Part shown: piece by piece, positions 38,901-48,235 of the stretch
Position numbering within the stretch: the stretch's first letter is position 1
Layout of the letters: every line of letters begins with the position of its first letter
NCBI GenBank assembly: GCA_045559735.1
Contig: JBJLJN010000013.1
Span: forward strand, 1,343-65,342
DNA from: Candidatus Thalassarchaeum sp.
GTDB lineage: Archaea; Thermoplasmatota; Poseidoniia; Poseidoniales; Thalassarchaeaceae
Length of the DNA stretch: 64,000 bases
Reading direction: 5' to 3'
Position numbers and translations under genes: made by a program
The notes under the pieces: generated by a model
Databases searched by the model: none
Told to the model about the DNA's origin: nothing
What the model saw: the letters and a program-made list of their open reading frames with translations, nothing else

Positions 38901-41619
38901 CTACCTCAATAATCCCGATGGTGATGGCTACGATGTCGACAGGGACGGGGTACTCAGTACCGAAGAGAGCTTGGTGAACTGGTTGGAGTACCATCTCAAG
39001 TCAAGCATTCTCTATGGTGACCAGACTGCTGCTGGGGAACCTTTCCCTGAGAACTTCACCACATCTCTGTGGAACGACACTTGGATGGACTTCGCAGACG
39101 ACTCTTTCGGAGACAGAACCAGTCTGGCATATAGCAGTCTCGTTAATGGTACTGCGCCTATGGATGTGGGTTCTGCCAATCCCTTATCGGCAGATTCGGA
39201 CAGGGATGGAATGCCTGATGGCTGGGAGTTCTTTTTCGCCAGATGGAGTCTATTCGACCAAGGATGGACACTCAATCCGGTCGATGAGAGGGACAGGATA
39301 GGCGATCCCGACGGAGATGGCATGAACAACTGGGAGGAGTACAACGTCATCGATTCAAACCTGAGTGAGACAGACGAATTAATCACCGTCCCTCAATTCT
39401 ATCTCCTGAGCGTAGGGGGCGAGCTCCTTGCCTCTCCTTGGCTATCTGCCCAGTCCTCGTCATCCTTCGGCACTTTCCTCAGTGACGAACAAGTCAACAA
39501 GTCCGGAAGGACTGCAGACCCGAATAATCCGGATACTGATAACGACGGACTACTCGATGGCATCGAGTTAATCTTCACTAGGTGGAACTCCACCGATGAG
39601 GTCTGGACACTCAATCCCCTGGTTGCAGGGGATGGTAACTACGACTCTGACCGAGACGGACTCACCGACTTAATCGAACTCAATCTGACTCTTAACAACC
39701 CGGCAAACGGAGGACTTTCTCCTCCTGACGCTCCAAGAATGTGGGAGGAGGCAGAGCAGATCGATCCGGACGAGGCAGTGAACAGGGTTTTCAGAATCTT
39801 ATTCAACAAGGAAGGAAGGGCTGAGTTAGCGATAGATCAGTTCCAGGACTGGCAGGATGGAGGGGCCGCTCAGCCAGTGGTCTCGGCACTGCTGGGTGCT
39901 TTAGATCCGAATGCAGAGGACACTGATCGCGACGGTATGAGTGACGGTTACGAGTATTGGTTCACTGAATGGAATCTTGAGGAGAACGGTTGGGAGATGA
40001 ATCCACTGACCGACAGTGATGTTCACGCTGATTCAGATGACGATTCTTTCGATTGCAATGGTGATGGATATATCTCTGATTCCGAGTCCTTCGACAATCT
40101 AGCTGAGTACGATGCAAGAGTATACGGAAAGCGTTCAGCTGTCGATACCATACCAAATGGAACCGGTTTAGTCTCCTATGGTGCAGATGCCGTAAATGCA
40201 CAGATGGATGAGAACAGCTTGTCATACGAAGTCGCTTTCGCCCAACTATACGTACAATTCTCGACCAAGAGCCTTGTTTCGGCTGAACGTGCTGGCCTAA
40301 TCAATGAGATTAATCCGAATACTTTCAACTATAGTCTTGCAGGAGTAAGTGATCCGACAGATGAGGATTCTGACAGAGATGGGATGCCCGACGGCTGGGA
40401 ATTCTGCTACTCGATATATGGAGAGTTCCTACCCGTCAACTCCTATCGCTGGTCGATGAACCCAATCAACCCATTGGACACGGAATATGATCCCGATGCT
40501 GATGGATGGTATGACCGATTTTGGGGAGACACCCCTGCTGAGCAGGGTAGTTGGGAGGGGAGAGAATTCACTCCAGCACCAGTAGAGCAGCAGATCGGGC
40601 AAGGATTCGAAGTTCTATACTTCAGCAATCTGATGGAATTTGAGAATGGCACTCACCCACTCGACTCAGACTCGGATGATGATTCCATGGTGATGAAGCC
40701 GATAATGCAGGGAGGTATAGTCATCGACTATGTCCAAGACACCAATCTCTCCGATGGTAGAGAGGTGTTCAAGTATGGGACTAATCCGCTCGATAACGAC
40801 ACAGATGGCGACATGATGCCAGACTTCTACGAATACTACAGAGGATGGAACGAAGCCAACGACAATTGGTCCTCCCACCTCAAGATATCAGTTGTCTGGA
40901 AGCAGATTTCGGCTACAAACTGGAAACCTGTAAACATCACCGGCAACAACATCGCTAGGCCCGAGTTGGGCTGGACTTGGTTCACTCATGATGCCACAGA
41001 CCCAACTGATTCGGGCCAGGATGCTGACAATGACGGCTCTTGGGATTGCTCCAGCGGAAACTGCGTCTATGTCCCATACAATAACTTCCAGGAGTACTAC
41101 GGTATCGTCAACGCCTCACTTGCATCTCCCTCTCTCGTTCGCGGAGCAGGATTGTTCGATTGCTCTGGAGATATTGTCCAAGAATGGTGGCAGTTGCGCG
41201 AATCCTTGCTAGGAACTTGCTCAGGTAGTGCCGCCCTCGCTACGAATTACTTCCGGATGTACAGGGTGAACGATGCAGACATGCTGTATGCGCTGGTAAT
41301 TGATGACAACGATATCGATTACGAGAACGTCGATATCAGTGACGATGTCGTCACGGTCAATGGAGCATGGGCTGATGAGTATCAGAGATTCGCAGGAGAT
41401 CAGTATCACCTGCCTAATACAGGTCTAGGGGAATATGTCTACGGGTGGTGGGCGATTGATATCGACGGGGATCAAGTGGCTGATGGGACCGACCCGACTA
41501 ACTGGGACACTGATGGCGACTGGCTAAACGATTTCTTCGAGATCGAGGACGATATGCTGGATGGAGTCAGAGGTAACAGCGGATCTCCAATAAGATATGA
41601 TGATCGGACCACTAGTTGA
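35908..41619 (+). CDS. Giant secreted protein with many thrombospondin-type-3-like Ca-binding repeats and a central beta-propeller-like region
   Basis: Signal/anchor MRRKQTALLITLLILGSMAFVSQ. At least a dozen DxDxDGxxDxxE units (DTDGDGLPDGYE, DSDLDGMPDGWE, DTDGDGMPDGWE, DSDGDSLPDGWE, DSDRDGMPDGWE x2, DTDNDGLLDGIE, DTDRDGMSDGYE, DTDGDMMPDFYE, DTDGDWLNDFFE..). Propeller-blade-like strings at ~37060..38060 (LLVGSRYGITVID, LLVGTDAGLIAWN, VWVGTAGGLHLLN, IYLGSRDGTWCLE). No C-terminal TM helix. Confidence 0.8.
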   Translation: MRRKQTALLITLLILGSMAFVSQTRPQSSVSSTDPITADRGGPPVTDEDDDRIPDLHESIFGDVRLVETSSGIISVRGLDPMNSTDNMSDHDRDGASALLEFCWPYTLDTCSDRLSLTGKPPQFTESGLREYLDPRVSDTDGDGLPDGYEIHMCTEGGLGYQNATNAWQCLWFDPLDPSDASEDIDSCEDFTFGCGDGFDVNRDGFIDFGERYTNSEEYLYGTPDDWITERDGLWCAGEIPGLSRGSCQDSTERATGNDGWLGSDPTDPDSDYYAWSEIIAVGLAVPGDGIPDGWEVYYGLDPRNSSDAIEDTDLDGWDLDRDGFIVPDISTATVHWGEAFSNYEEYMIHYDNGAWVTPGLRGTQITSQDFDYSTFDQSTTPGLVDGAVHSVIPDQSRDRLLVGSRYGITVIDPFDGSSALHVLPSGLEMYTMERWSPGDSDYLLIGTNAGFHFVSLDNGIPEMNTLSDSDLGPIDEIAELDTGSGDLDLIIFGNSSAWTLTMSIIEDSAELTDPVFNEAMSEVLSDADAEARDATHVPMFGRGPLLLVGTDAGLIAWNTTDGSTSIGEPWWVFDRENAEEFVQRADLLNISKSAVVNSLVKAGPIDATGQVEEVTGVWVGTAGGLHLLNLQLLVQMPHSAFGTEEMYNVERWSEGANDIHSILPLNGMIYLGSRDGTWCLEGGYNGILGQCLNQTRIPGLTTSLTALEHGSSIWVFAGISPGKYMNIMPIDPTSVDSDLDGMPDGWEFIYGLDPTDPYDRNRDADADGVSYSSADGFTLNRGWSNLDEYRFVSISEGGFNGSDPRDVDTDGDGLTDGEEYWGWFAESTNFDCHYLNDDYICDVDTGDIAEQVHLEGWLGSGAGGGTDGPTDPTNPDTDGDGMPDGWEMEHRRWIGDVYNGGNLWTLDPRDPSDKDEDADGDGLSNLCEYSWSNLLEKVLREGLPTHGETSEAAENWTATDPNNIDSDGDSLPDGWEARYACSWSKDNAGINPLNGSDYLNNPDGDGYDVDRDGVLSTEESLVNWLEYHLKSSILYGDQTAAGEPFPENFTTSLWNDTWMDFADDSFGDRTSLAYSSLVNGTAPMDVGSANPLSADSDRDGMPDGWEFFFARWSLFDQGWTLNPVDERDRIGDPDGDGMNNWEEYNVIDSNLSETDELITVPQFYLLSVGGELLASPWLSAQSSSSFGTFLSDEQVNKSGRTADPNNPDTDNDGLLDGIELIFTRWNSTDEVWTLNPLVAGDGNYDSDRDGLTDLIELNLTLNNPANGGLSPPDAPRMWEEAEQIDPDEAVNRVFRILFNKEGRAELAIDQFQDWQDGGAAQPVVSALLGALDPNAEDTDRDGMSDGYEYWFTEWNLEENGWEMNPLTDSDVHADSDDDSFDCNGDGYISDSESFDNLAEYDARVYGKRSAVDTIPNGTGLVSYGADAVNAQMDENSLSYEVAFAQLYVQFSTKSLVSAERAGLINEINPNTFNYSLAGVSDPTDEDSDRDGMPDGWEFCYSIYGEFLPVNSYRWSMNPINPLDTEYDPDADGWYDRFWGDTPAEQGSWEGREFTPAPVEQQIGQGFEVLYFSNLMEFENGTHPLDSDSDDDSMVMKPIMQGGIVIDYVQDTNLSDGREVFKYGTNPLDNDTDGDMMPDFYEYYRGWNEANDNWSSHLKISVVWKQISATNWKPVNITGNNIARPELGWTWFTHDATDPTDSGQDADNDGSWDCSSGNCVYVPYNNFQEYYGIVNASLASPSLVRGAGLFDCSGDIVQEWWQLRESLLGTCSGSAALATNYFRMYRVNDADMLYALVIDDNDIDYENVDISDDVVTVNGAWADEYQRFAGDQYHLPNTGLGEYVYGWWAIDIDGDQVADGTDPTNWDTDGDWLNDFFEIEDDMLDGVRGNSGSPIRYDDRTTS

Positions 41620-41649
41620 GTTCTTGGGTCACGACCCCCACGCCCGTAT

Positions 41650-42117
41650 ATGGAAGGGGAGAGAGTACCTTCTTCTGCTGAGCCAGTGGAGGAGAGGCTG
41701 TTATTCCTACAAGAGAACATGGTGAGCTTCGTAAACCAGTTCAGTATGCCTGTAATCGAAGTCTCACTGGTTCTTTCCAAATACATTAGAATAATCCTCG
41801 ATTCGCTTCTCGAAGCAGCTGAAAAGGAGAGAGAGTCACTGCCTGAGAACCTACTCGAGGCATGGCCAATAGAATCCAATCCGGATGCTCCGGCAATCGA
41901 CTCATATCCTCTTGACAAGCTGCTCGGTAGCCTCGATCAGGATCGAATGGACATTCTTGACACACTAATCAGGAGCATCGTCAATGAGAGCCAACTCCCC
42001 TTCGTGCCCGTCCTGACTCTACTCAGGGAGTGGGAGAGTATTGCCAAGGCACAGCTCTCCCAAGCAGGCTCTCCGGGGCATCTATTCAGTCCTATGGAAT
42101 TCCCTGAGGGATTCTAA
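41650..42117 (+). CDS. Small acidic hypothetical protein
   Basis: 155-aa ORF with protein-like composition, directly downstream of the giant TSP3 gene. The competing antisense ORF 41472..41918 is Ser-rich and overlaps the upstream gene's end. No recognisable motif. Confidence 0.45.
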   Translation: MEGERVPSSAEPVEERLLFLQENMVSFVNQFSMPVIEVSLVLSKYIRIILDSLLEAAEKERESLPENLLEAWPIESNPDAPAIDSYPLDKLLGSLDQDRMDILDTLIRSIVNESQLPFVPVLTLLREWESIAKAQLSQAGSPGHLFSPMEFPEGF

Positions 42118-42453
42118 CTATCTGCTCTCAGCCTTGGCCACTATGCGGCTTGAAACCCACCAGGCATCAGCCATTGACCAGACGAACAGTACCGGCCACA
42201 TGACTACGGAAATTATCAGTGGAAGTTGAATCAGGAAGCACCCAAGAGCCTTACGGTGCTGTCGGTTGAAGTGCTGTCCGAGAAAGAGAAACGGAATCAG
42301 AGAGAGCACAAATGCCACAAGAGGACGAAGTGCGCCCCAAGGGCCAATACCTCCGCTTAGCTCATACCAGATCACGCCAAATGCACCTAGCACTCTACTT
42401 GACTCAGGCTCCTCATCCGAGGCTATACTGACGACATACTCCTCTGCCATCAC
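42118..42453 (-). CDS. Small membrane protein (two or three TM helices), function unknown
   Basis: 111 aa with an acidic N-terminus, then hydrophobic helices (LRPLVAFVLSLIPFLFLG, GCFLIQLPLIISVVMWPVLFVW) and a W..DAWW segment. Its stop abuts the stop of the convergent ORF 41650..42117. Confidence 0.5.
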   Translation of the reverse strand: MMAEEYVVSIASDEEPESSRVLGAFGVIWYELSGGIGPWGALRPLVAFVLSLIPFLFLGQHFNRQHRKALGCFLIQLPLIISVVMWPVLFVWSMADAWWVSSRIVAKAESR

Positions 42454-42551
42454 ACACGCCCTCGGTCACGGACGCATCAACCTGACGCCACTCCGAGCAT
42501 AGAAAAGCCGAACAACACAGCCTCGCTCGCAGAGCCGTGTCTACGGTTAGA

Positions 42552-43523
42552 ATGTTGATTACAGCATTCCCTCCATTCTCCAATCATGCAACCAATGTCT
42601 CTCAGGAGGTGCTGCATGAGATAGAGAGGCTGGGGGTCTATGGCATAGATGTCGAGACTAGTTTACTGAGCGTTGATCAGAGAGGCTCGGCCGAGGTCGC
42701 ACACAGGATCCTGGATGGAGAAGAATTCCGAGGGATTGTCCACCTAGGTCTTGCAGCTAAGAGCGATAAGATATACTTAGAGAAGATAGCTAGGAATAGG
42801 ATTTCTATGATTGAGCCAGACAACTCAGGGCGTTTTTCAGTGTCAGAAGAAGTAGTCATCGGCGGACTTCAAAACCTCGAGACCACAGCTCCGGTTCACG
42901 TTCTGGATGAGGAGATCGAACACGACGAGCTGGTCGAGTGGAGCACCGACTCGGGCGGTTTTGTCTGCAACGAGACTTTCTACAGAACGCTGAATGCCCT
43001 TCATGAGAATGATGACTCCACTACTCCAGCATTGTTTGTACATCTCCCACCTGAGGAGGCAATTCCAGTCGAGACACAGGTGGAGAAAGTCATGCTAATA
43101 GCATCCACAATGATATCGAAGCCGACATACGACGTAGTAGCAGCTCTTTTGTTCGACGAGCAAGGCAGGATTTTGGCGTGCAAAAGGCCCAGCCAAGACG
43201 CTTGGGCTGGCTGGTGGGAGTTCCCAGGGGGCAAGGTGGATGAGGGCGAGTCTGCTTCACAAGCCATGACGAGGGAACTTGAGGAGGAAATCGGGATTTC
43301 CGTCAATCCGAGTCACTTAGTAGAATCTTCGACATTCGATTATGATGATCGCACGGTCAGACTGCAGATCTGGAACTGTGGAAAAATCGAACCAGACTCA
43401 GTGAGTCTGAGAGAGCATGATGAATCGAGGTGGCTCTCAAAGGAAGAACTAATGGAAGTGAAATGGTTGCCAGCCGATCTCCCAATCATATCCAGATGGA
43501 TCAAAGAGGGCATTCCCATCTAA
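42552..43523 (+). CDS. Fusion protein: pyroglutamyl peptidase I (peptidase C15, Pcp)-like domain + Nudix (MutT-like) hydrolase domain
   Basis: Pcp hallmarks: MLITAFPPF, IVHLGLAAKSDKIYLEKIARN (Glu), DSGGFVCNETFY (Cys codon 42966..42968), LFVHLPP (His). A complete Nudix box GKVDEGESASQAMTRELEEEIGI lies at 43230..43298, preceded by WWEFPG. The ORF opens at GTG 42537; ATG 42552 gives a canonical Pcp N-terminus. Confidence 0.8.
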   Translation: MLITAFPPFSNHATNVSQEVLHEIERLGVYGIDVETSLLSVDQRGSAEVAHRILDGEEFRGIVHLGLAAKSDKIYLEKIARNRISMIEPDNSGRFSVSEEVVIGGLQNLETTAPVHVLDEEIEHDELVEWSTDSGGFVCNETFYRTLNALHENDDSTTPALFVHLPPEEAIPVETQVEKVMLIASTMISKPTYDVVAALLFDEQGRILACKRPSQDAWAGWWEFPGGKVDEGESASQAMTRELEEEIGISVNPSHLVESSTFDYDDRTVRLQIWNCGKIEPDSVSLREHDESRWLSKEELMEVKWLPADLPIISRWIKEGIPI

Positions 43524-44029
43524 TCGTCACCCATAGTCGGGTTGCCTCTCTTGTCGAACCATTCCATAGGCTCCCCCTCTTCTGACATACCCAGGCCATC
43601 GCCGATGCTTCTAGGAACCGAGCTTCTCCCCGCGTGCCAAGTAGATCTCTCCAACCAGTCAGCTAGACCTCGCATACGAATTCTAACAGTGATTCTACCA
43701 CCCAATGTCCCTTCTTCAAGCACGAAAGATAACTTGCCCACTATCGAGGCTTGTCGCGAGATTGTGAATTCGGTGAAATCTCCCTCTAGCCTCATCGACA
43801 TGGCATCCAATGCAGTGTCTAGAATCCTCTGGCTGTGAGCCGTTTCAAGCAGCGTGTCTAAGGACTCAGACACACCCTCTATGGTGACTTCACGACGCGT
43901 CTGGGGAAACTCAGACGCATCAGGAATAGCACCGGGCTCCCAATCGGGAAATAGCCCTCTAATCGATTCGACAACCCGAGAAGGATCCTCATGAGGGCGA
44001 ATTACAGTGGAGATTTCTATGTCCGCCAC
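43520..44029 (-). CDS. UPF0201-family (COG1931) putative RNA-binding protein
   Basis: GTG start. ADIEISTVIRPHEDPSRVVESIRGLFP, LDTLLETAHSQRILDTALDAM, RQASIVGKLSFVLEEGTLGGRITVRIR and LADWLE are collinear with Pyrococcus/Methanocaldococcus UPF0201 proteins as I recall them. Confidence 0.7.
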   Translation of the reverse strand: MADIEISTVIRPHEDPSRVVESIRGLFPDWEPGAIPDASEFPQTRREVTIEGVSESLDTLLETAHSQRILDTALDAMSMRLEGDFTEFTISRQASIVGKLSFVLEEGTLGGRITVRIRMRGLADWLERSTWHAGRSSVPRSIGDGLGMSEEGEPMEWFDKRGNPTMGDD

Positions 44030-44087
44030 GAGACTGCCAACAGTCTGAGGCTCATGAGCGCTGCGGCGGGGGCTTCCAAGAGCACGA

Positions 44088-44846
44088 ATGATTCAAAGAT
44101 GCGACGTGAGACAAAGAGCCGTGTCTGAACGCTCTTCCATGCTGGGGGCCGCTCTATTGCTGGCCCCCACTCTGTGTCTGGTAGCTCTCAGATTCGCCTC
44201 CACAGCTCTGGAGGAGGTAATATCTGGAGATGCCGTTCTGATGTATTCACTACACGGAGCAGCGCTGCTCGTGGGCATAGTTATGTTGCTTAGGTATCGA
44301 AAGGTGGAAGATCACGAGTATCACAGGTCACAGGCCATCCGCAAGCTCTCCAGGTCTTATTCGAGGGAAGACAGGGGGTTGTGGGAGAAGGGCGATTCAG
44401 CTATTGAGAGATTGGAATCAAGAGCAAATGCCCCCAAGAAGGGACGTTCTGCGATGCGGGCTATGGCCTTGGAGAAAGGTAGTATCGGTTCAATGAACAA
44501 AGAGAGGATGGAGGAGGAGATTCTGGACGAAGGAACCGATCCTGAGCCCCGCAATCTGGGAATCAGCACCATCGTAGACGAGCAGGCAATTACCGAGTCG
44601 AAGGGCCCTGGAATGTTTAGCAGATTTTCCACTTGGATAAGTTTGAGTCTGGACGAGTCAGCTAAGAGGAGGATGGAGAGAAAGTCAGCTAAGTCTTCAA
44701 AATTCAAGTCGACTGAACCCAAAGACATGTGGGCCAAACCATCGCAGTCCAGCCTCGCTCGTTCCGTCTCCTCGTGCCCCTCTTGTGGTGCGTTGAACAA
44801 CTCTGGAATAGCATACTGCTCATCATGTGGGGACCTCATCCCATAG
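44088..44846 (+). CDS. Membrane protein with basic linker and C-terminal zinc ribbon, function unknown
   Basis: Two hydrophobic helices (MLGAALLLAPTLCLVAL; LHGAALLVGIVMLL), a Lys/Arg/Ser-rich middle and C-terminal CPSCGALNNSGIAYCSSCGDLIP. The start may be Met18 (44139). It ends immediately before dnaJ. Confidence 0.6.
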   Translation: MIQRCDVRQRAVSERSSMLGAALLLAPTLCLVALRFASTALEEVISGDAVLMYSLHGAALLVGIVMLLRYRKVEDHEYHRSQAIRKLSRSYSREDRGLWEKGDSAIERLESRANAPKKGRSAMRAMALEKGSIGSMNKERMEEEILDEGTDPEPRNLGISTIVDEQAITESKGPGMFSRFSTWISLSLDESAKRRMERKSAKSSKFKSTEPKDMWAKPSQSSLARSVSSCPSCGALNNSGIAYCSSCGDLIP

Positions 44847-44888
44847 GTGGGGTTGAAAACGGTCGAGCAGGAGCAATGGTTGTCGCCA

Positions 44889-46028
44889 ATGTCTGGAAAG
44901 AGAGATTACTACGAGGTTCTCGGAGTGTCGAGAGATGCTACCGAATCTGATATCAAGAGGGCATTCCGATCACTGGCTCGGAAATACCATCCCGACAAGA
45001 ACCCCGATGATACGGAGGCTGAGACGAAGTTCAAGGAAGTCCAAGAGGCGTACGCCGTTCTCTCTAACTCGGATCAGCGCAGGAAGTACGATACGTTCGG
45101 GCATGACCAACCAGAAGGATCACCCTTTGGACCCGGTGGCTTCCAAGGGGTAAACATCAGTATTGATGATCTCTTTGGGGGTGGAATAGAAGGCATATTC
45201 AGCCAAATTTTCAGCGGTGGCGGCGTTCGCAGAAGGAACCGTGGGACTGACTTGCTTTACTCTCATGAGGTTCCCTTCCAAACCGTTTTCGATGGTTCAG
45301 AGGAATCCATCGAATTCGAAGTATTGAGGGCTTGCGAAGAGTGTGACGGTTCCGGATCAGCGACTGCAGAAGGAGTAAGGGAATGTCCAACCTGTGACGG
45401 AAGGGGGAGAATACAGAGGATCGAGAAGGCTGGGTTTTTCACCAAGCAAGTGGTCACCGAATGCTCAACATGCAGGGGAGAAGGTCGTTTAGTCAGCGAT
45501 CCCTGTACGGGATGCAGCGGAGAGGGCAGGTCGAAGAGAACCAAGCAAGTCACTTTCACCGTACCTCCCGGAATTTCTTCGGGAACACGTCTGAGGATGA
45601 GGGGCCATGGTGAGGCTGCTAGGGGGGGTAGAGGGCAGAACGGAGACTTACACATCCAGATTGAAGTAATCGAGCACCCTTGGTTCGAGAGAGACGGATC
45701 GGACCTACTGATGGCACTTCCCTTGGGCTTCGTGGACCTAGCTCTGGGGACACAGGTAGTTATCCCACATCTTGACGGATCAGATCTCAAGATAAAGATC
45801 CCAGCCGGATCTAACCCCGGTGATACGATAAATCTGCCAAGGCGTGGGTTACCAGATGGCAGGAGAGGAAGGGGTTCAGTCACTGTTTTGTTGAAGTTGA
45901 TTATGCCCACGAAGGTCTCCAGATCTCTCAAGAAATCTCTTGATTCTCTCAGAGAAGAGATAGGCACCGACTTCGATTCGCTCGACGTCTCGATAAGAGA
46001 TGAGGCTCAAAGAAGGCGCAGGGGCTAA
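44889..46028 (+). CDS. dnaJ: Molecular chaperone DnaJ (Hsp40, type I)
   Basis: J domain [33 protein letters not shown]. Gly-rich linker. Four CxxCxGxG zinc-finger units ([32 protein letters not shown]). C-terminal substrate-binding region. The ORF is trimmed to [12 protein letters not shown]. Confidence 0.95.
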   Translation: MSGKRDYYEVLGVSRDATESDIKRAFRSLARKYHPDKNPDDTEAETKFKEVQEAYAVLSNSDQRRKYDTFGHDQPEGSPFGPGGFQGVNISIDDLFGGGIEGIFSQIFSGGGVRRRNRGTDLLYSHEVPFQTVFDGSEESIEFEVLRACEECDGSGSATAEGVRECPTCDGRGRIQRIEKAGFFTKQVVTECSTCRGEGRLVSDPCTGCSGEGRSKRTKQVTFTVPPGISSGTRLRMRGHGEAARGGRGQNGDLHIQIEVIEHPWFERDGSDLLMALPLGFVDLALGTQVVIPHLDGSDLKIKIPAGSNPGDTINLPRRGLPDGRRGRGSVTVLLKLIMPTKVSRSLKKSLDSLREEIGTDFDSLDVSIRDEAQRRRRG

Positions 46029-48175
46029 TCTTTACTCGTCCCCCAATCCAATACTCTGTTGGGAACAGCAGCAAGAGGACTTCCATCAACCAGGCCCGAC
46101 AGGTGGAAACCGATTGATTTCGGTGTACCCTCCAATTCGAGCCCGATGAACATCTTTCTCCCTGCTGGCAAGGTATCGAGAAAAATCTCGCCATCTTGGA
46201 ACATCCTTTTGGGGGAGACAGATGAGATTGCCACGGCCGAACCCTCGGGAGCGTGAACTCTAATGGCTGCCAGTTCCCAAGGGAGACTCTCGACTCTGAT
46301 TCCTATCAGCAGACTGGATGCTGTCTCAGCTACTCTCCACACACAGATTTCGACCCGTTCCGTCAAGTGCCTAATGGCCGGATCCCCCCAGTCCCGAACT
46401 ACGGCTATCCATGGACTGTCACCCAGCTGTCTGAGCGAGTACTCAACTTCTGTTTGGTCACTCTCTCTTGAGGACAGGGCCAGAGACAATCTCTCCCTAA
46501 GACTCCTCAGCCTCCGCCTCTCATGCTCTTGAATATCAGCTGCAATAGGGGCGCCCCTGAATATCGCATCTCGGTTCCACCAAATGACCATCGCAAGCGG
46601 GGTGAGCAGAAGAAGGCCCGCTAGCATGTAGAATTCCCTAGCCGTGTGAGAAAGGTCCACGAACTCGTTCTCCTCGGGCACATAGGGGCCGTTGTATGGA
46701 AGGGAGAACTCGTATGCCTCTGTGCCCCCCTCTTGGCCCATGCACCTTAATCCACAATCGATTCTCATGGCATGCACACCAGGTGGTACAATCATCATCG
46801 AGCCATCAGTGGAGTTCACCACCTCTCCCGTATGCTGCTCAAGTGTCATCAGCGTGAATGTCACGGAGGAGTCGCCTATCTTCTGGACGCGCACGTAGGA
46901 CCCGTTCTCCTCAGTTACTGAGAATGCGTAAACATCGATAGTATCGAAGCCATCGAGAGTACCCCTGATAACCGCCGCGTCCAGATTCAGGATCTGCCAT
47001 CTTGAGTCTATGTTGCCTTGACTCCAAATAGCATCTGGTGCATCTCCAATCAAATCGCCGTCTCCGGACTCTAGTGATCTGAGCATCACTGACCACGCGG
47101 CGTTTGTACCCTGAGTAGTCAATCCGAACTCTACAGAGACTGTCTGCGAAGTGGTCTCGAAGATATCCCCGCACCCACTTTCGACCGAAACGACAGAACC
47201 GTCCGCCTGATGCAGAATAATGCTCACGCTGACATCATCGGTGAATATGCAATACGGCTCTAAGATCATCTTGGACCCCGATTCTATCAGCAATGAGTCA
47301 CCTTGTGAATCCGACGCTGCGAGATGTCCATGATAGATTAGTGAAGATTCACCATGGAATTGCATGGGCTCACCATGGCTCCATGGGTTGCTTAACTCAC
47401 CTCCGCCGGGAGCCTCAATATCGTCATCATAACGAATAATCTCGAACTCATAAGGTGAATAACCAGACTCTGTGGAATGAACTACACGAAGCCACAACTC
47501 TCCTTCAGCAGGATGCTCAAAGTAGTGAGGCATTTCCGCTGCATCTATGGAATCAACCAGAGACTTCGTATCATCTGACCTGTGCCAGACCTCTATGGAC
47601 GAAGCATTACCTCCTCTCAGTGAGTTCAGTAGAAGCACATCGCCCGAATCACCAACAATCATCACAGCATCCTTGTCACTGTGATTCTCGAGTGAGCCGA
47701 CGTATAGCACCCCCTCTGAGAGCATATCAACTCCGGCACAGTACTGTAATCGGCAAGGCGATGATGTGTTGATGCTCGGGTACTCTCCTTGACTACCCGG
47801 GGGAGGAACGGCATCTGGAAGGTCATCATACTCGGTCCATTCTTCCATATGACTCAGAATAGCATCTAAGCGTAGGTCGCCGGCCCCAATGCTCTCATCA
47901 GCAACGACCTCCCAAGTTACATTTCCGTCGACCCAGCCCGACCACTCAACAAGATGTGGATCGTGATGCCTGTACTCTAATCCGTCATACCAAACCACCA
48001 ACTCCATACCCTGGCAACTTACCTGTATGCAAGAGATAGATATCCACACAGGGCCATTGGTCTGTAATTCATCAGATAGAATTGTACCCCTGTCTTCTCC
48101 CTCGGCTAATGCCCCAGGGCCCATTAAAGACACGATAACCAAGAGTGCAAATACTCCTGCCTGCGCCTTCGCCAT
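46025..48175 (-). CDS. Single-pass membrane protein: exported N-terminal domain(s), one TM helix, ~190-aa cytoplasmic domain; function unknown
   Basis: The ORF is trimmed from 48298 to [26 protein letters not shown] (ATG 48175..48173), a signal peptide. Pre-peptidase-C-terminal-like strings ([18 protein letters not shown]). TM helix [19 protein letters not shown], then a charged cytoplasmic region. Confidence 0.65.
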   Translation of the reverse strand: MAKAQAGVFALLVIVSLMGPGALAEGEDRGTILSDELQTNGPVWISISCIQVSCQGMELVVWYDGLEYRHHDPHLVEWSGWVDGNVTWEVVADESIGAGDLRLDAILSHMEEWTEYDDLPDAVPPPGSQGEYPSINTSSPCRLQYCAGVDMLSEGVLYVGSLENHSDKDAVMIVGDSGDVLLLNSLRGGNASSIEVWHRSDDTKSLVDSIDAAEMPHYFEHPAEGELWLRVVHSTESGYSPYEFEIIRYDDDIEAPGGGELSNPWSHGEPMQFHGESSLIYHGHLAASDSQGDSLLIESGSKMILEPYCIFTDDVSVSIILHQADGSVVSVESGCGDIFETTSQTVSVEFGLTTQGTNAAWSVMLRSLESGDGDLIGDAPDAIWSQGNIDSRWQILNLDAAVIRGTLDGFDTIDVYAFSVTEENGSYVRVQKIGDSSVTFTLMTLEQHTGEVVNSTDGSMMIVPPGVHAMRIDCGLRCMGQEGGTEAYEFSLPYNGPYVPEENEFVDLSHTAREFYMLAGLLLLTPLAMVIWWNRDAIFRGAPIAADIQEHERRRLRSLRERLSLALSSRESDQTEVEYSLRQLGDSPWIAVVRDWGDPAIRHLTERVEICVWRVAETASSLLIGIRVESLPWELAAIRVHAPEGSAVAISSVSPKRMFQDGEIFLDTLPAGRKMFIGLELEGTPKSIGFHLSGLVDGSPLAAVPNRVLDWGTSKD

Positions 48176-48235
48176 GTCCTGCCGAGGAGCGTCTGCCTTA
48201 GAATCCTTCAAGCGAACCGCGTCAGTGCGACGCGT

